From positions 2,401-66,400 of the forward strand of contig CAUWCC010000003.1 in assembly GCA_963556805.1 (NCBI GenBank): a stretch of DNA of 64,000 nt. The letters are read 5' to 3'. Positions within the stretch are counted from its first letter, which is position 1, and the number at the start of each line of letters is the position of its first letter. The DNA is from an uncultured Bulleidia sp. GTDB taxonomy: Bacteria > Bacillota_I > Bacilli_A > Erysipelotrichales > Erysipelotrichaceae. Positions 11,498 through 21,791 of the stretch are shown one piece after another. A program made the position numbers and the translations under genes. The notes below the pieces were generated by a model. The model was not told the origin of the DNA and did not search any database. It was given only the letters and a program-made list of their open reading frames with translations.

Positions 11498-11764
11498 ATG
11501 TTGGAAAAGGAACAGGCATCTGAAATCGTTAAGGAATTTGGTCGTACAGAAGGCGACACAGGTTCTGCTGAAGTACAGATCGCTTTGCTTACAGCACAGA
11601 TCAAGCGTTTGACTGTACACATGAAGGAAAACAAGAAGGACTATTCTTCTAACCGTGGTCTTATGAAGATGGTTGGTCGTAGAAGAAATCTTCTTGAATA
11701 CCTCAAGAAGCATGACGTTAACCGTTACAGAAACGTTATTCAGAAGCTCGGTCTGCGTAAGTAA
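11498..11764 (+). CDS. rpsO: 30S ribosomal protein S15
   Basis: [39 protein letters not shown]. Confidence 0.98.
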   Translation: MLEKEQASEIVKEFGRTEGDTGSAEVQIALLTAQIKRLTVHMKENKKDYSSNRGLMKMVGRRRNLLEYLKKHDVNRYRNVIQKLGLRK

Positions 11765-11780
11765 TTACATCAGATGGAAG

Positions 11781-11807
11781 AAAGACTCGGGAAACCGAGT
11801 TTTTTTT
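11781..11807 (+). terminator. Intrinsic terminator after rpsO
   Basis: ACTCGG-GAAA-CCGAGT plus T run. Confidence 0.9.
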
Positions 11808-11890
11808 ATACATGAGAGATGATTTGGATATGTTGGCAGCGTTCTGCAAGATCAATGCTATGCTATAATTTTTTTGAAAAAGGTGTTGGT

Positions 11891-12592
11891 ATGAGCTATA
11901 TAGATTTTAAGAATGTCAGAAAGACATATGGATCAGGAGAAGTTGCTATTCATGCTTTAGATGGGGTAGACTTCGCAATTGAAAAAGGTGAATTCATTGT
12001 GATCGCTGGTGCTAGTGGTGCTGGTAAATCTACGATCTTAAATATTTTAGGTGGTATGGATCGTTGTACATCAGGTGAAGTATCGGTAGATGGAATGCGG
12101 ATTGATCAGTTGAATGAGAAACAGATGACGGATTATCGACGCTATGATATTGGCTTTGTATTCCAGTTTTATAATCTTGTCCAAAATTTGACAGCTTTAG
12201 AAAATGTAGAACTGGCATCTGAGATATGCAAAGACCCCTTGGATCCAGCAGTAACGTTGGAACAAGTAGGTCTTGGTAAAAGAATGCAGAATTTTCCTTC
12301 ACAGTTGAGCGGCGGTGAACAGCAAAGAGTAGCCATTGCCCGTGCACTAGCTAAGAATCCAAAGTTGCTATTATGTGATGAACCAACTGGAGCATTGGAC
12401 TATGTAACAGGTAAGCAAATATTGAAACTGCTGCAGGATACATGCCGGCAGCTTGGTATGACAGTCATCATCATTACGCATAACCTGGCTTTATGTCCGA
12501 TGGGGGATAAAGTGTTTCATATTAAGAGCGGGAAGGTAGTCTCTATGGAGATCAATCCGAATCCTACTGATATTGCGGAGATCGAATGGTGA
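11891..12592 (+). CDS. ABC transporter ATP-binding protein (LolD/MacB-like)
   Basis: GASGAGKS Walker [26 protein letters not shown]; SD AAAGGTG before ATG 11891. Confidence 0.95.
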   Translation: MSYIDFKNVRKTYGSGEVAIHALDGVDFAIEKGEFIVIAGASGAGKSTILNILGGMDRCTSGEVSVDGMRIDQLNEKQMTDYRRYDIGFVFQFYNLVQNLTALENVELASEICKDPLDPAVTLEQVGLGKRMQNFPSQLSGGEQQRVAIARALAKNPKLLLCDEPTGALDYVTGKQILKLLQDTCRQLGMTVIIITHNLALCPMGDKVFHIKSGKVVSMEINPNPTDIAEIEW

Positions 12593-15500
12593 TGCCGCAC
12601 ACATTATGGAAGAATATCCTTCGTTTGATCAAGACAACGAAGAGTAGATTTTTCTCGCTGATGGCTATCGTTATGATAGGTACAGCGTTCTTTATTGGTG
12701 TCTATTCCAGCTCCACTATCATGGCAGCTTCGGTAGATGCTTATGATGATGCATATGCATTACGGGATATACAGATCTTTTCTGATTATGGTTTTTCAGA
12801 AGATGATGTGAAAGCGGTAGAAGCTCTTCCGGATATTAAAAAAGCAGAGGGTGAGAAGTTTGTTGATGTGATTGCTGCTAATGATTCAGACACATATACG
12901 ACACGTATTCATTCCTATGATAAAGATGCCAAAATTGATCGTTTTAAGCTGGTAGAAGGTAGATTGCCGGAAAAGCCTGGAGAGGTGCTGGCAGAGCATG
13001 GAACACCAGTAACGGAAGTATTTCCGATCGGTACAAAAGTGAGATTGTCTCGACCGGATGATGATCTGAAAGATTTCATTGATAGAGATGAAGTGACGGT
13101 TGTAGGTTTAGTCGATACACCTGTGTATCTGAACTATTCGAAAGAGAATAGTACATTGCGAAATACATCGATCAAGACATATTTATATATGCCAGAAGAA
13201 AATTTTACGATCGATCGTATCCTTTCTATTTCAGCAATCACACAAGATGGTGCTTCTTATGACAGTTTTTCTGATGCATACGATACATATAGCGAAGGTG
13301 TGAAGCAGGAAGTCAGGACCTTGGCAGATGAAAGACAAAAGAGCCAATTTGCGGATATCAAACAGAAAGCTTTGGATCAGTATCATGATGGTCTTAGAGA
13401 ATATCGTGAAAATGAAGAAAATTTCCAGAAAAAGATCCATGAAGCAGAGCAGAAGCTGGAGAATAGTGCAAAGCAATTAGAAGATGGTAAAGCACAAGTA
13501 CAGCAAGCAGAGAAGGAACTTGCGGATGGTAGAGAAAGTTTAGCTTCTGCGGAACAAGAAGGAAGAAAGAAGCTGGAAGAAGGCAAGAAGCAGTTGGATG
13601 CTGGTTGGCAGAAACTGACGGAAGCTGAAGACAAGTTGGCTGGACTAGATGAGCAAAGAGATGATCTAGCCAAGATGTACCAAGATACAGCTTTGCATCT
13701 GGTTTTATTGCAACAGGCGATGGATATGTTAGCGTATATGCCGCAAGAGGCAGGCATGGCTGCTATAGCAGAAGATCTGCATATCGATCTATCTGTTCTA
13801 GATCAGATCGTACCGGATTGGCGTGAGAAAACATGCGGTGCATTATTGACTTCTTTACAACAATTGCAAAAGCAGGCAGAAGATGGACTTTCTGCAATGG
13901 AAATGGGGCTTATGGCAATGGATGAAGGTGCTATGGCATCTGATCCTCAAGCATTGCAAGAGCAGAAAGATGTATGGTCTAGTTATCATAGGATCGTTTC
14001 AGAGTCAGTACCATTGCAGAAGGAAAACACATTGCTTTCATGCATTGCTGCAATGCCAGGTGAAGTACGTGATTTGAGACTTGGTTATTTCACAGTGTTT
14101 TACGGCAGTCTGCAGGAAGTGAAAGATCTCTACGCACCAGAAGACCCGATCTTATATGGTCGGCTTGGTGATTTCCTTGCCCAGGCTGAGCAGGATCTTG
14201 CTGAAAAGAAAGCACAAGAGCCTGAAGAATTGAAGTGGCAGGCAATGTATGAGGGGGTTAGGATCTTCCATACCTATGCACCATCATCTTTGCAGGATAT
14301 GTCTATGGTCGTATTGCAAGCAGCACATGGCATCCTGCCAGATGTTGCATCTGTTTTAGGTCTAGACCCGCATACAACTACCTTTGGTACGCTGCAAGAT
14401 CAAAGTATCCAAAGATTTGAAGCAAATAGTGCTGTATTACAGGAAAAAAAGAATGCAGTCCAAGCAGGACAAGAAGCACAGAAACAACGATTTCATACAC
14501 ATTATGACAGCTTGCAGAGCCAACTTCATGATACAGAAGACTTATTGACGCAGAAACAAGCAGAACTGGAACAAGGAACAAGATCTTTAGAAGAAGGGTT
14601 GGCAGCTGGTAGGAAACAGCTGGCAGATGGAGAAGCATCGTTGAAGTCTGCTCGTCAAAAACTGGTAGATGGAGAAATACAACTGCAGAATGGACGAGAT
14701 GAACTCAGTAAACAAAAGAGAGAAGGACAGCAGAAGTTGGATGATGCACATGTTCAGCTGGTCGATGCAAAGAAACAGATCGATGACATGAAGGCAGGAG
14801 AGTGGACGGTATTGAGTCGGAAACAGCATTATGCTTCTGTTACATTTAGTCAAACGATCGACCAAATGGCAGCCATTGGGAAGATCTTTCCTGTTTTCTT
14901 CTTGATGGTAGCGATCCTTGTATGCATGACAACAATGGCTCGAACAGTAGATGAACAACGTACTGAGATCGGTGTTCTTAGAGCTTTGGGATATACACGC
15001 ACACAATGTACTGCAAAGTACTTGCTATATGCAGGTATTGCAACAGTGATCGGTGAATTGATCGGAGCAGCTGTTGGTATCGTCACCTTCCCTGTTATTA
15101 TCTACAGTACATGGAAGATGATGTACATCCTCCCTGAGATCATATTAGTCATGGATTGGAAGATGTTGATCATTACTGATATTGCCTTCTTGGCTGTTAT
15201 GCTGTTGACAACGTGGTTTACATGTCGTCAGGATATGAATGAAGTACCATCACAGCTATTACGTCCAAAGGCACCAAAGCTTGGCAAGAATATGCTGCTG
15301 GAGAAGATATCTCCGATCTGGCGTCATATTTCCTTTACTTGGAAAGTAACGATCCGTAACTTATTCCGTGATAAGAAGAGATTTATTTTGACTGTGATCG
15401 GTGTGGCAGGCTGTACGGCATTGCTTGTGACTGGTTTTGGAATTCGTGATTCGATCACTGGTATGGTATCTGTGCAATATGATGAATTGACGAAATATGA

Positions 15501-16461
15501 CGGCTTGGCAGATATAGAAGATACCCTTTCTAATACGGATGTTACAGAACTAGAACGACAGATCAAAGCATCTCAAGGTGTAGAGAAAGTAGAGGAGATT
15601 TATGGCTATAACTCAGAGACATTTGATGAAAATGACAATGCTGTCTCGATCTCTGTACAGATCTTCCAAGATAATGCTCAGGCAAGGGATGCCTATGTAT
15701 TACGGACAAGAAAAGGAAAGAAACCCGTCACATTAGGAGATGATGGTGTCGTTTTGACAGAAAAGACAGCTGAGATCCTGGGACTTCATGTGGGAGATAC
15801 GTTCCGTATTGAAGATGAAGAAGGTGATCTGGTGCCTGTAAAGATAGCTGCTATTACTGAGATGCATATCAATCATTACTGTTTTATGAGTGATGCATAT
15901 TATCAAAAAGTGACAGGAAAAGAGCCGTTATCAAGAATGCTTTTGATCACGGGTAATGATCTTGGTGATCTGCAGAAGCAGTTGGCATCAACAGAAGGTG
16001 TTTCTGGTGTTACTTTCTTTGAAACATCACTTGGTGCTTTCAATACGATGATCGATTCACTTGATATCATCGTTTGGACGATCATTATTTCCTCAATGGC
16101 TTTAGCATTTGTTGTACTTGGTAATTTGATCAATGTGAATATTAGTGAAAGACAAAGAGAGATAGCTACTTTGAAAGTACTTGGGTTTCATCATCAAGAA
16201 GTACAGTCATATATCTATAAAGAAAACAATGTTTTGACATTGTGCGGTGCTTTGGCGGGTATCCCGTTAGGAATATGGTTGCATCATACGATCATGTTGA
16301 CGGTAGAAATGGACTATGTGATGTTTGGTAGAGAGGTTACAGGTACCTCTATTGTCTTGGCTGTTCTTTTGACGATTGTGTTTGGTATATTGGTCAACTT
16401 TGCAATGCGTAAGAAACTACGTTCTATCAAAATGGTCGAAAGTTTGAAGAGTGTTGAATAA
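12586..16461 (+). CDS. Large FtsX/MacB-like ABC permease with long extracellular coiled coil and inserted domain
   Basis: Two TM clusters with EQRTEIGVLRALG and ERQREIATLKVLG signatures; heptad-rich Q/E/K/L segment between them; 1291 aa. Confidence 0.9.
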   Translation: MVMPHTLWKNILRLIKTTKSRFFSLMAIVMIGTAFFIGVYSSSTIMAASVDAYDDAYALRDIQIFSDYGFSEDDVKAVEALPDIKKAEGEKFVDVIAANDSDTYTTRIHSYDKDAKIDRFKLVEGRLPEKPGEVLAEHGTPVTEVFPIGTKVRLSRPDDDLKDFIDRDEVTVVGLVDTPVYLNYSKENSTLRNTSIKTYLYMPEENFTIDRILSISAITQDGASYDSFSDAYDTYSEGVKQEVRTLADERQKSQFADIKQKALDQYHDGLREYRENEENFQKKIHEAEQKLENSAKQLEDGKAQVQQAEKELADGRESLASAEQEGRKKLEEGKKQLDAGWQKLTEAEDKLAGLDEQRDDLAKMYQDTALHLVLLQQAMDMLAYMPQEAGMAAIAEDLHIDLSVLDQIVPDWREKTCGALLTSLQQLQKQAEDGLSAMEMGLMAMDEGAMASDPQALQEQKDVWSSYHRIVSESVPLQKENTLLSCIAAMPGEVRDLRLGYFTVFYGSLQEVKDLYAPEDPILYGRLGDFLAQAEQDLAEKKAQEPEELKWQAMYEGVRIFHTYAPSSLQDMSMVVLQAAHGILPDVASVLGLDPHTTTFGTLQDQSIQRFEANSAVLQEKKNAVQAGQEAQKQRFHTHYDSLQSQLHDTEDLLTQKQAELEQGTRSLEEGLAAGRKQLADGEASLKSARQKLVDGEIQLQNGRDELSKQKREGQQKLDDAHVQLVDAKKQIDDMKAGEWTVLSRKQHYASVTFSQTIDQMAAIGKIFPVFFLMVAILVCMTTMARTVDEQRTEIGVLRALGYTRTQCTAKYLLYAGIATVIGELIGAAVGIVTFPVIIYSTWKMMYILPEIILVMDWKMLIITDIAFLAVMLLTTWFTCRQDMNEVPSQLLRPKAPKLGKNMLLEKISPIWRHISFTWKVTIRNLFRDKKRFILTVIGVAGCTALLVTGFGIRDSITGMVSVQYDELTKYDGLADIEDTLSNTDVTELERQIKASQGVEKVEEIYGYNSETFDENDNAVSISVQIFQDNAQARDAYVLRTRKGKKPVTLGDDGVVLTEKTAEILGLHVGDTFRIEDEEGDLVPVKIAAITEMHINHYCFMSDAYYQKVTGKEPLSRMLLITGNDLGDLQKQLASTEGVSGVTFFETSLGAFNTMIDSLDIIVWTIIISSMALAFVVLGNLINVNISERQREIATLKVLGFHHQEVQSYIYKENNVLTLCGALAGIPLGIWLHHTIMLTVEMDYVMFGREVTGTSIVLAVLLTIVFGILVNFAMRKKLRSIKMVESLKSVE

Positions 16462-16587
16462 CGAGAGCATATCTTTGGATTTGTAAGAATAGAAGTGCTA
16501 TAGTTTAACTAGAAAGAGAGAATGATCTCTTTCATAAAAACAGTATATTTTGTCTGTGTGAGACAGACAGGAATGGAGGAATATAAT

Positions 16588-16965
16588 ATGTCAGAAGTAA
16601 AGTTTTACAAGTGTCCTAAGTGTGGAAAGATCGTAACTGTTGTACATGATGCGCCAGTACCGCTTATGTGCTGCGGTGTTGAGATGCAGGAAATGCATGC
16701 TAATACAACAGATGCAGCAGTAGAGAAGCATGTACCGGTCATTGAACGTGTAAATGGTGAACTGTTTGTTGTTGTAGGTAGTACAGAGCATCCAATGATC
16801 CCGGAGCACTACATTGAGTTCGTTGCTTTGGAAACGGATAAGGGATTCCGCATTGCATATCTGCAGCCTGGTGATGCACCGCGTGTTGCTATCTTAAACG
16901 GAGAAAATGTAAAAGCAGTATATGCTTATTGCAATCTCCATGGTCTTTGGAAGACAGAGGCATAA
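16588..16965 (+). CDS. dfx: Desulfoferrodoxin / superoxide reductase
   Basis: CPKCG...CCG (center I), EKHVP, HPM..EHYI, CNLHGLW (center II); SD GGAGG. Confidence 0.94.
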   Translation: MSEVKFYKCPKCGKIVTVVHDAPVPLMCCGVEMQEMHANTTDAAVEKHVPVIERVNGELFVVVGSTEHPMIPEHYIEFVALETDKGFRIAYLQPGDAPRVAILNGENVKAVYAYCNLHGLWKTEA

Positions 16966-16973
16966 GTTCATAG

Positions 16974-16997
16974 AAGCCCTGAAAAAGGGCTTTTTTT
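16974..16997 (+). terminator. Intrinsic terminator after dfx
   Basis: AAGCCCT/AGGGCTT stem plus T run. Confidence 0.85.
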
Positions 16998-17086
16998 GTG
17001 CTTGGGCATGGGCGGGGAGGTTTTAAAGTATGTAGTGTTGTGCTATTATTACAAAGTTAAAAAGAGAAAAGAGAAAAGGTAAAAAT

Positions 17087-19312
17087 ATGGTGAAGTATAA
17101 GAAGAGTTGGGACTTCCATGGCCGTACGATCACGGTTGAAAACGGCGAGATCGCAAAACAGGCTGGTGGTTCTGTCCTTGTTCGTTATGAGGATACAGTT
17201 GTATTATCAACGGCTACAGCTTCTAGTGAAGCAAAAGATACGGATTTCTTTCCTTTGACAGTGTTGTATCAAGAAAAAATGTACGCTGCTGGTGAGATCC
17301 CTGGTGGTTTCTTAAGAAGAGAAGGAAGACCTAGTGAGCATGCTACATTGACAGCAAGATTGATCGACCGTCCGATCAGACCTTTGTTTGCAGAAGGTTT
17401 TCGTAATGAGGTACAGGTCGTAAATACAGTATTCAGCTGCGATCCAGATTGCAGCAGTGAGATGGCTTCTTTGTTTGGTTCTTCATTGGCATTGTGCATT
17501 TCTGATATTCCTTTCAACGGACCAGTTGCAGGTGTCAAGGTAGGTAAGATCGGTGATGCGTTCATCATCAATCCAACAGAAGCACAGTTGGAAGAAGCAG
17601 AGATCGATCTGACAGTTGCTGGTACAAAGGCTGCTATCAACATGGTAGAAGCTGGTGCTAAGGAAGTCAGTGAAGATGATATGTTAAAGGCTTTGATGGT
17701 TGGTCATGAAGCAATTAAGGAACTTTGTGAGATTCAGGAAGAAATCATTGCTGAGTGTGCAAAGCCTAAGATGGATGTTGTTCTCTATGAGATCGATCCA
17801 GTTGTTAAGGCTTATATCGATGAGCATGGTGCAGATCGTATTAGAGAGGCTGTTTCTATTAAGGGCAAGCTTGAAAGATATGGCAAGATCGATGAGTTGA
17901 TCAATGAAATGGTCGAGGGTGTTGGCGCTCTGGAATGGGCTGATGAAAAGGCTCGTGAGAAGGCTTGCAAGCAGGCACATGAATATGGCGTAGAAGTTGA
18001 AGCAGGTGAGGTCAGAAGATTGATCTCAGAAGATAAAGTGAGACCAGATGGTCGTGCTTTGGATGAACTTCGTCCTTTGGATTCTCAGGTAGATCTTCTG
18101 CCGCGTGTACATGGTTCTGCAATGTTTACAAGAGGCGAGACACAGGTCATGTCTATTACAACGTTGGCTCCATTGTCTGAATGCCAGCAGATCGATGATC
18201 TGACAACAGTAAAAGAAAAGCGCTTTATGCATCAGTACAACTTCCCTCCTTTCTCTGTTGGTGAAGTAGGTCGTATGGGTACACCTGGTAGAAGAGAGAT
18301 CGGTCATGGTGCATTGGGCGAAAGAGCATTGAAGCAGGTATTGCCTTCAGCAGAAGAGTTCCCATATGCTATTCGTACTTGTGCTGAAGTTTTGGAATCT
18401 AATGGATCTTCCTCTCAGGCAAGTATTTGTGCTGGTACGATGTCCTTGATGGCAGCTGGTGTTCCGATTAAGGCCATGGTAGCTGGTGTTGCTATGGGTC
18501 TGATCACAGTTGGTGATACATATTCTATCTTGACAGATATTCAGGGTATGGAAGATCACTATGGTGATATGGACTTTAAGGTTGCTGGTACTCGTAAGGG
18601 TATTACAGCACTACAGATGGATATCAAGGTGACTGGTATCTCTGAAGAGATCCTGAAAGAAGCTTTGGCACAGGCACACCAAGGTCGTATGCAGATCTTG
18701 GATAACATGGAAACAGCGATCAGTGAGCCAAGAGATCATGTTTCTAAGTATGCACCTAAGTATGAATCTATGATGATTCCGGTCGACAAGATCAGAATCG
18801 TTATTGGTAAGGGAGGCGAACAGATCGATAAGATTATTGAAGCATGCAATGATATCAAGATCGATATCGATGATGACGGTAGATGCGTTCTCTATCATAC
18901 AGATCAGGAAATGATCGATAAGGCTAAGGCTATTATCTCTGATCTTGTTCGTGAAGCTAAAGTTGGTGATGTATATGATGCAAAAGTAAGCGAAGTGCGT
19001 GATTCCTTTGCATTCGTAACATTGTTCCCAGGTACAGATGCATTGTTGCATGTATCTGAACTTGCGTGGGAACGTACAGCAGATATCAAGCAGGTATTGC
19101 ATGTTGGTGATCATGTTCAGGTCAAGGTCATCAGCATTGATGAAGGCGGCAAGGTCAAGGTTTCTGCTAAGGTCTTGCTGGAGAAGCCGGAAGGTTATGT
19201 AGAGCCGAAGAAGCCGATGCGTCCTCAGCATGGTGCAAGAGGCGATCGACATAGCAAAGACCATGACGGTGGTAACGTTGAACGTAGAGTCTTCAAGAAG
19301 AAGGCTGAATAA
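17087..19312 (+). CDS. pnp: Polyribonucleotide nucleotidyltransferase
   Basis: FFPLTV.Y.EK.YAAG.IPGGF.RREG, RREIGHGAL, SNGSSS.AS, GDMDFKVAG; KH and S1 domains. Confidence 0.98.
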   Translation: MVKYKKSWDFHGRTITVENGEIAKQAGGSVLVRYEDTVVLSTATASSEAKDTDFFPLTVLYQEKMYAAGEIPGGFLRREGRPSEHATLTARLIDRPIRPLFAEGFRNEVQVVNTVFSCDPDCSSEMASLFGSSLALCISDIPFNGPVAGVKVGKIGDAFIINPTEAQLEEAEIDLTVAGTKAAINMVEAGAKEVSEDDMLKALMVGHEAIKELCEIQEEIIAECAKPKMDVVLYEIDPVVKAYIDEHGADRIREAVSIKGKLERYGKIDELINEMVEGVGALEWADEKAREKACKQAHEYGVEVEAGEVRRLISEDKVRPDGRALDELRPLDSQVDLLPRVHGSAMFTRGETQVMSITTLAPLSECQQIDDLTTVKEKRFMHQYNFPPFSVGEVGRMGTPGRREIGHGALGERALKQVLPSAEEFPYAIRTCAEVLESNGSSSQASICAGTMSLMAAGVPIKAMVAGVAMGLITVGDTYSILTDIQGMEDHYGDMDFKVAGTRKGITALQMDIKVTGISEEILKEALAQAHQGRMQILDNMETAISEPRDHVSKYAPKYESMMIPVDKIRIVIGKGGEQIDKIIEACNDIKIDIDDDGRCVLYHTDQEMIDKAKAIISDLVREAKVGDVYDAKVSEVRDSFAFVTLFPGTDALLHVSELAWERTADIKQVLHVGDHVQVKVISIDEGGKVKVSAKVLLEKPEGYVEPKKPMRPQHGARGDRHSKDHDGGNVERRVFKKKAE

Positions 19313-19317
19313 ATCAG

Positions 19318-19347
19318 AAAGAGGGCGCATGGTTCGCTCTCTTTTTT
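19318..19347 (+). terminator. Intrinsic terminator after pnp
   Basis: AAAGAGGGCG/CGCTCTCTTT stem plus T run; its 3' end abuts the trmB SD. Confidence 0.7.
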
Positions 19348-19360
19348 GGAGGTAGAATAT

Positions 19361-20005
19361 ATGAGAATGAGAAAGAAAAAGTGGGCAGACCCATACTTGG
19401 AAGCTCACCCAGAATATGCTTTACAAGATCCATCCATTTACAAAGGCAAGTGGAAGGAATTACTTGGTTGTGAGAAATTGCATGTTGAGATTGGTACTGG
19501 TAAAGGTGGCTATCTCTTGGCAATGAGTTTGATGTATCCCGAAGAAGGCTGGGTCGGTATTGAGAAGGATCGTTCAGCAGCAGCTGTAGCATGCCGTAAA
19601 GCATTGGAAGAACGCGGCGGTGTTGAGAATAGAAGAATGATCGTCAATATGGCAGAACAGCTGACAGATTGGTTTTCACCAGGGGAGATTGACGTAATCC
19701 ACTTGAATTTTTCTGATCCCTGGCCGAAGAAGAAATCCCATAAGAAGAGACTTTCTTCTGCTAAGTTCTTAGAAATGTATCGTACTGTATTAGCCGAAGA
19801 TGGTGTGATCCGTATGAAGACAGATAATCAGGATCTATTTGAAGATAGTGTTCTCTATTTCTTAGAGAATGATTTCGGGTTAGCAGAGTTTTCTGTGAAC
19901 TATCGTCGTAATGAACATCCTGAAGATGCTGTCACAGAATATGAGCATAAGTTCATGGAGGAAGGTTTACCGATCTATCAGCTATGTGCTTTTCCAAGAC
20001 GTTGA
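19361..20005 (+). CDS. trmB: tRNA (guanine46-N7)-methyltransferase
   Basis: MRMRKKKW, VEIGTGKG, LNFSDPWPKK.H.KRL, KTDN, TEYE.KF. Confidence 0.96.
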   Translation: MRMRKKKWADPYLEAHPEYALQDPSIYKGKWKELLGCEKLHVEIGTGKGGYLLAMSLMYPEEGWVGIEKDRSAAAVACRKALEERGGVENRRMIVNMAEQLTDWFSPGEIDVIHLNFSDPWPKKKSHKKRLSSAKFLEMYRTVLAEDGVIRMKTDNQDLFEDSVLYFLENDFGLAEFSVNYRRNEHPEDAVTEYEHKFMEEGLPIYQLCAFPRR

Positions 20006-20039
20006 TAGGTGTGCTAAAATAATATTTGGAGAAACGCAC

Positions 20040-20747
20040 ATGAAGAAGATCTTTGTCTTTGTTTTGGCCTTGTGTCTGCTATGTGGATGCGGGACAGGAC
20101 AGGTAGATTATCAGAAATTGTTGGAGACATCATTGGCGGCAGTTAATGAGAAACCGAAAGATACAGCGAATCATACTAAGGATTATTATGCATATTATTT
20201 ACCGCCTGATGTCGGCAGATTGTCTGGTGATGAAACGGGAAATACATTAGATTGGTATGGAACGAAGTTTGTCATGAATCTCAATATTGCTGGTATTGTG
20301 GAAGAGACTAAGCAGACAGATACATCTGAGCGTGTTTTGTTTGATGAAGATAAGGCTGTGTATAAGGTGCATGGGATATTTGAAGATATGTCGGGATTTA
20401 CTCATAACTTTCAAGTTATGATTGCGGATCTCAAAGATAGTTATGCATCATATATGCATACAGATTATGTAGACTTTTTTGCGGTATCGGATTTGTTGAC
20501 AGCGGTGAAACTGCCAGCTAAGATGCTGCGGATTGCACGTAGTGTGCGTGTGGATCAGCAGCGTGTTGTACAGGACTTCAGCAAGCGGTCAGATATTACA
20601 TATACAGCACATAAGATCGAATTGTTTCAGAATCTTGCACCAGAGAATGGTACGATCGATGAGTTGTTGATTGATGGATCCAATCGTATTGGTACAGGGC
20701 AGGATGAGGTGCAAAAGCCTGAAAAAGGCATGGAAATCAGTGAATAA
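20040..20747 (+). CDS. Lipoprotein of unknown function
   Basis: MKKIFVFVLALCLLCGC signal peptide with lipobox; SD GGAG; no family recognised. Confidence 0.75.
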   Translation: MKKIFVFVLALCLLCGCGTGQVDYQKLLETSLAAVNEKPKDTANHTKDYYAYYLPPDVGRLSGDETGNTLDWYGTKFVMNLNIAGIVEETKQTDTSERVLFDEDKAVYKVHGIFEDMSGFTHNFQVMIADLKDSYASYMHTDYVDFFAVSDLLTAVKLPAKMLRIARSVRVDQQRVVQDFSKRSDITYTAHKIELFQNLAPENGTIDELLIDGSNRIGTGQDEVQKPEKGMEISE

Positions 20748-20828
20748 ATCGTAAAAATGCTGATTTATCTTAACATTCAAGTAAAAATAGCATAGAATTT
20801 AAATAGTTATGCAAGAAAGGAATTTGTT

Positions 20829-21704
20829 ATGCTGAAGAAACTGCAGAATCTTTTGTTCGAAGATGATGATGACGATGAACTCGAAGACGAGGATGAAGTC
20901 GAAGAGGTTGAAGAGCCTGTAACGACTCGTCCAGTGCATACTGCTCAGGAACAGCCGAAACCTGTTGCACAGCCGCAGCCGGTAGAGCCTGTCATGAAGG
21001 AAGAGCAGTCTCATATGAATAGAATCGATGTTACGGGTTATGTACCTGTTCAGGAAGCTAAACCAGAGCAGACAGCTGTTCAGCAGTCTGCACCTGTAAA
21101 GGAAGAGAAAAAAGCAAAGCTTGTCGGTATTACGGTAGATGATTTCAATGATGTTCAGCCTGCTGGTAAGAAGGTTGTTCAACAGACTAAGCCGAAGACT
21201 CAGAAGCAGGTTAAAACACAGACGAAGAAGACCCCTGTAAAACAGGTATCTAAGCCGTCTTATCAGTTCCAACCTGTCATTTCTCCGATTTTTGGTGTAG
21301 ATGAAAAGGATCTGACTGCTTTGAAGACAACAACACAGAAGGTTGCTGAGATCAATTCTATGAATGAAGATGACAGCAACATTACACCAGTGATTTCTCC
21401 GATCTATGGCAGTACATCTGAAGGAAGTGTTAGTTCTTTTGAACAGCCTATGAAGGAAAATGTTGTTAAGAAAGAAATACCTGTGACGAAGCAGGAAGAG
21501 CCGAAATGTGCTGCAACGGTTGAGGATGAGATCCCAGAGTTCTCTTTGGATGATATTCTCAAGGTACGTGATGAGGAATATGATAATAGCTCCGATGCAT
21601 TAGGTAATACGGCACCTTTGTTCCCGGATCTTGATCTGCAGTTCCCGGATGATCCGGAGGATGCAGAAGATACTGTGGAAACACCGATCACATCTAAGAA
21701 GTAA
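20829..21704 (+). CDS. Acidic, largely disordered protein with two VISPI[FY]G motifs
   Basis: 291-aa ORF with SD and terminator; short amphipathic N-terminus, acidic tract, P/Q/K-rich linker. Confidence 0.8.
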   Translation: MLKKLQNLLFEDDDDDELEDEDEVEEVEEPVTTRPVHTAQEQPKPVAQPQPVEPVMKEEQSHMNRIDVTGYVPVQEAKPEQTAVQQSAPVKEEKKAKLVGITVDDFNDVQPAGKKVVQQTKPKTQKQVKTQTKKTPVKQVSKPSYQFQPVISPIFGVDEKDLTALKTTTQKVAEINSMNEDDSNITPVISPIYGSTSEGSVSSFEQPMKENVVKKEIPVTKQEEPKCAATVEDEIPEFSLDDILKVRDEEYDNSSDALGNTAPLFPDLDLQFPDDPEDAEDTVETPITSKK

Positions 21705-21712
21705 AAACAAAG

Positions 21713-21741
21713 AAGGCAATGGATCAAACATTGCTTTTTTT
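21713..21741 (+). terminator. Intrinsic terminator
   Basis: AAGGCAATG/CATTGCTTT stem plus T run. Confidence 0.75.
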
Positions 21742-21791
21742 GTTCTTTTGCACAGGTTAATGAGGATTAGATGAAAAATATTTTTTACTGA

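Noticed and set aside
11833-11846. TGGCAGCGTTCTGC as a cre site before the ABC genes
   Set aside because: It lacks the terminal CA and has poor symmetry.
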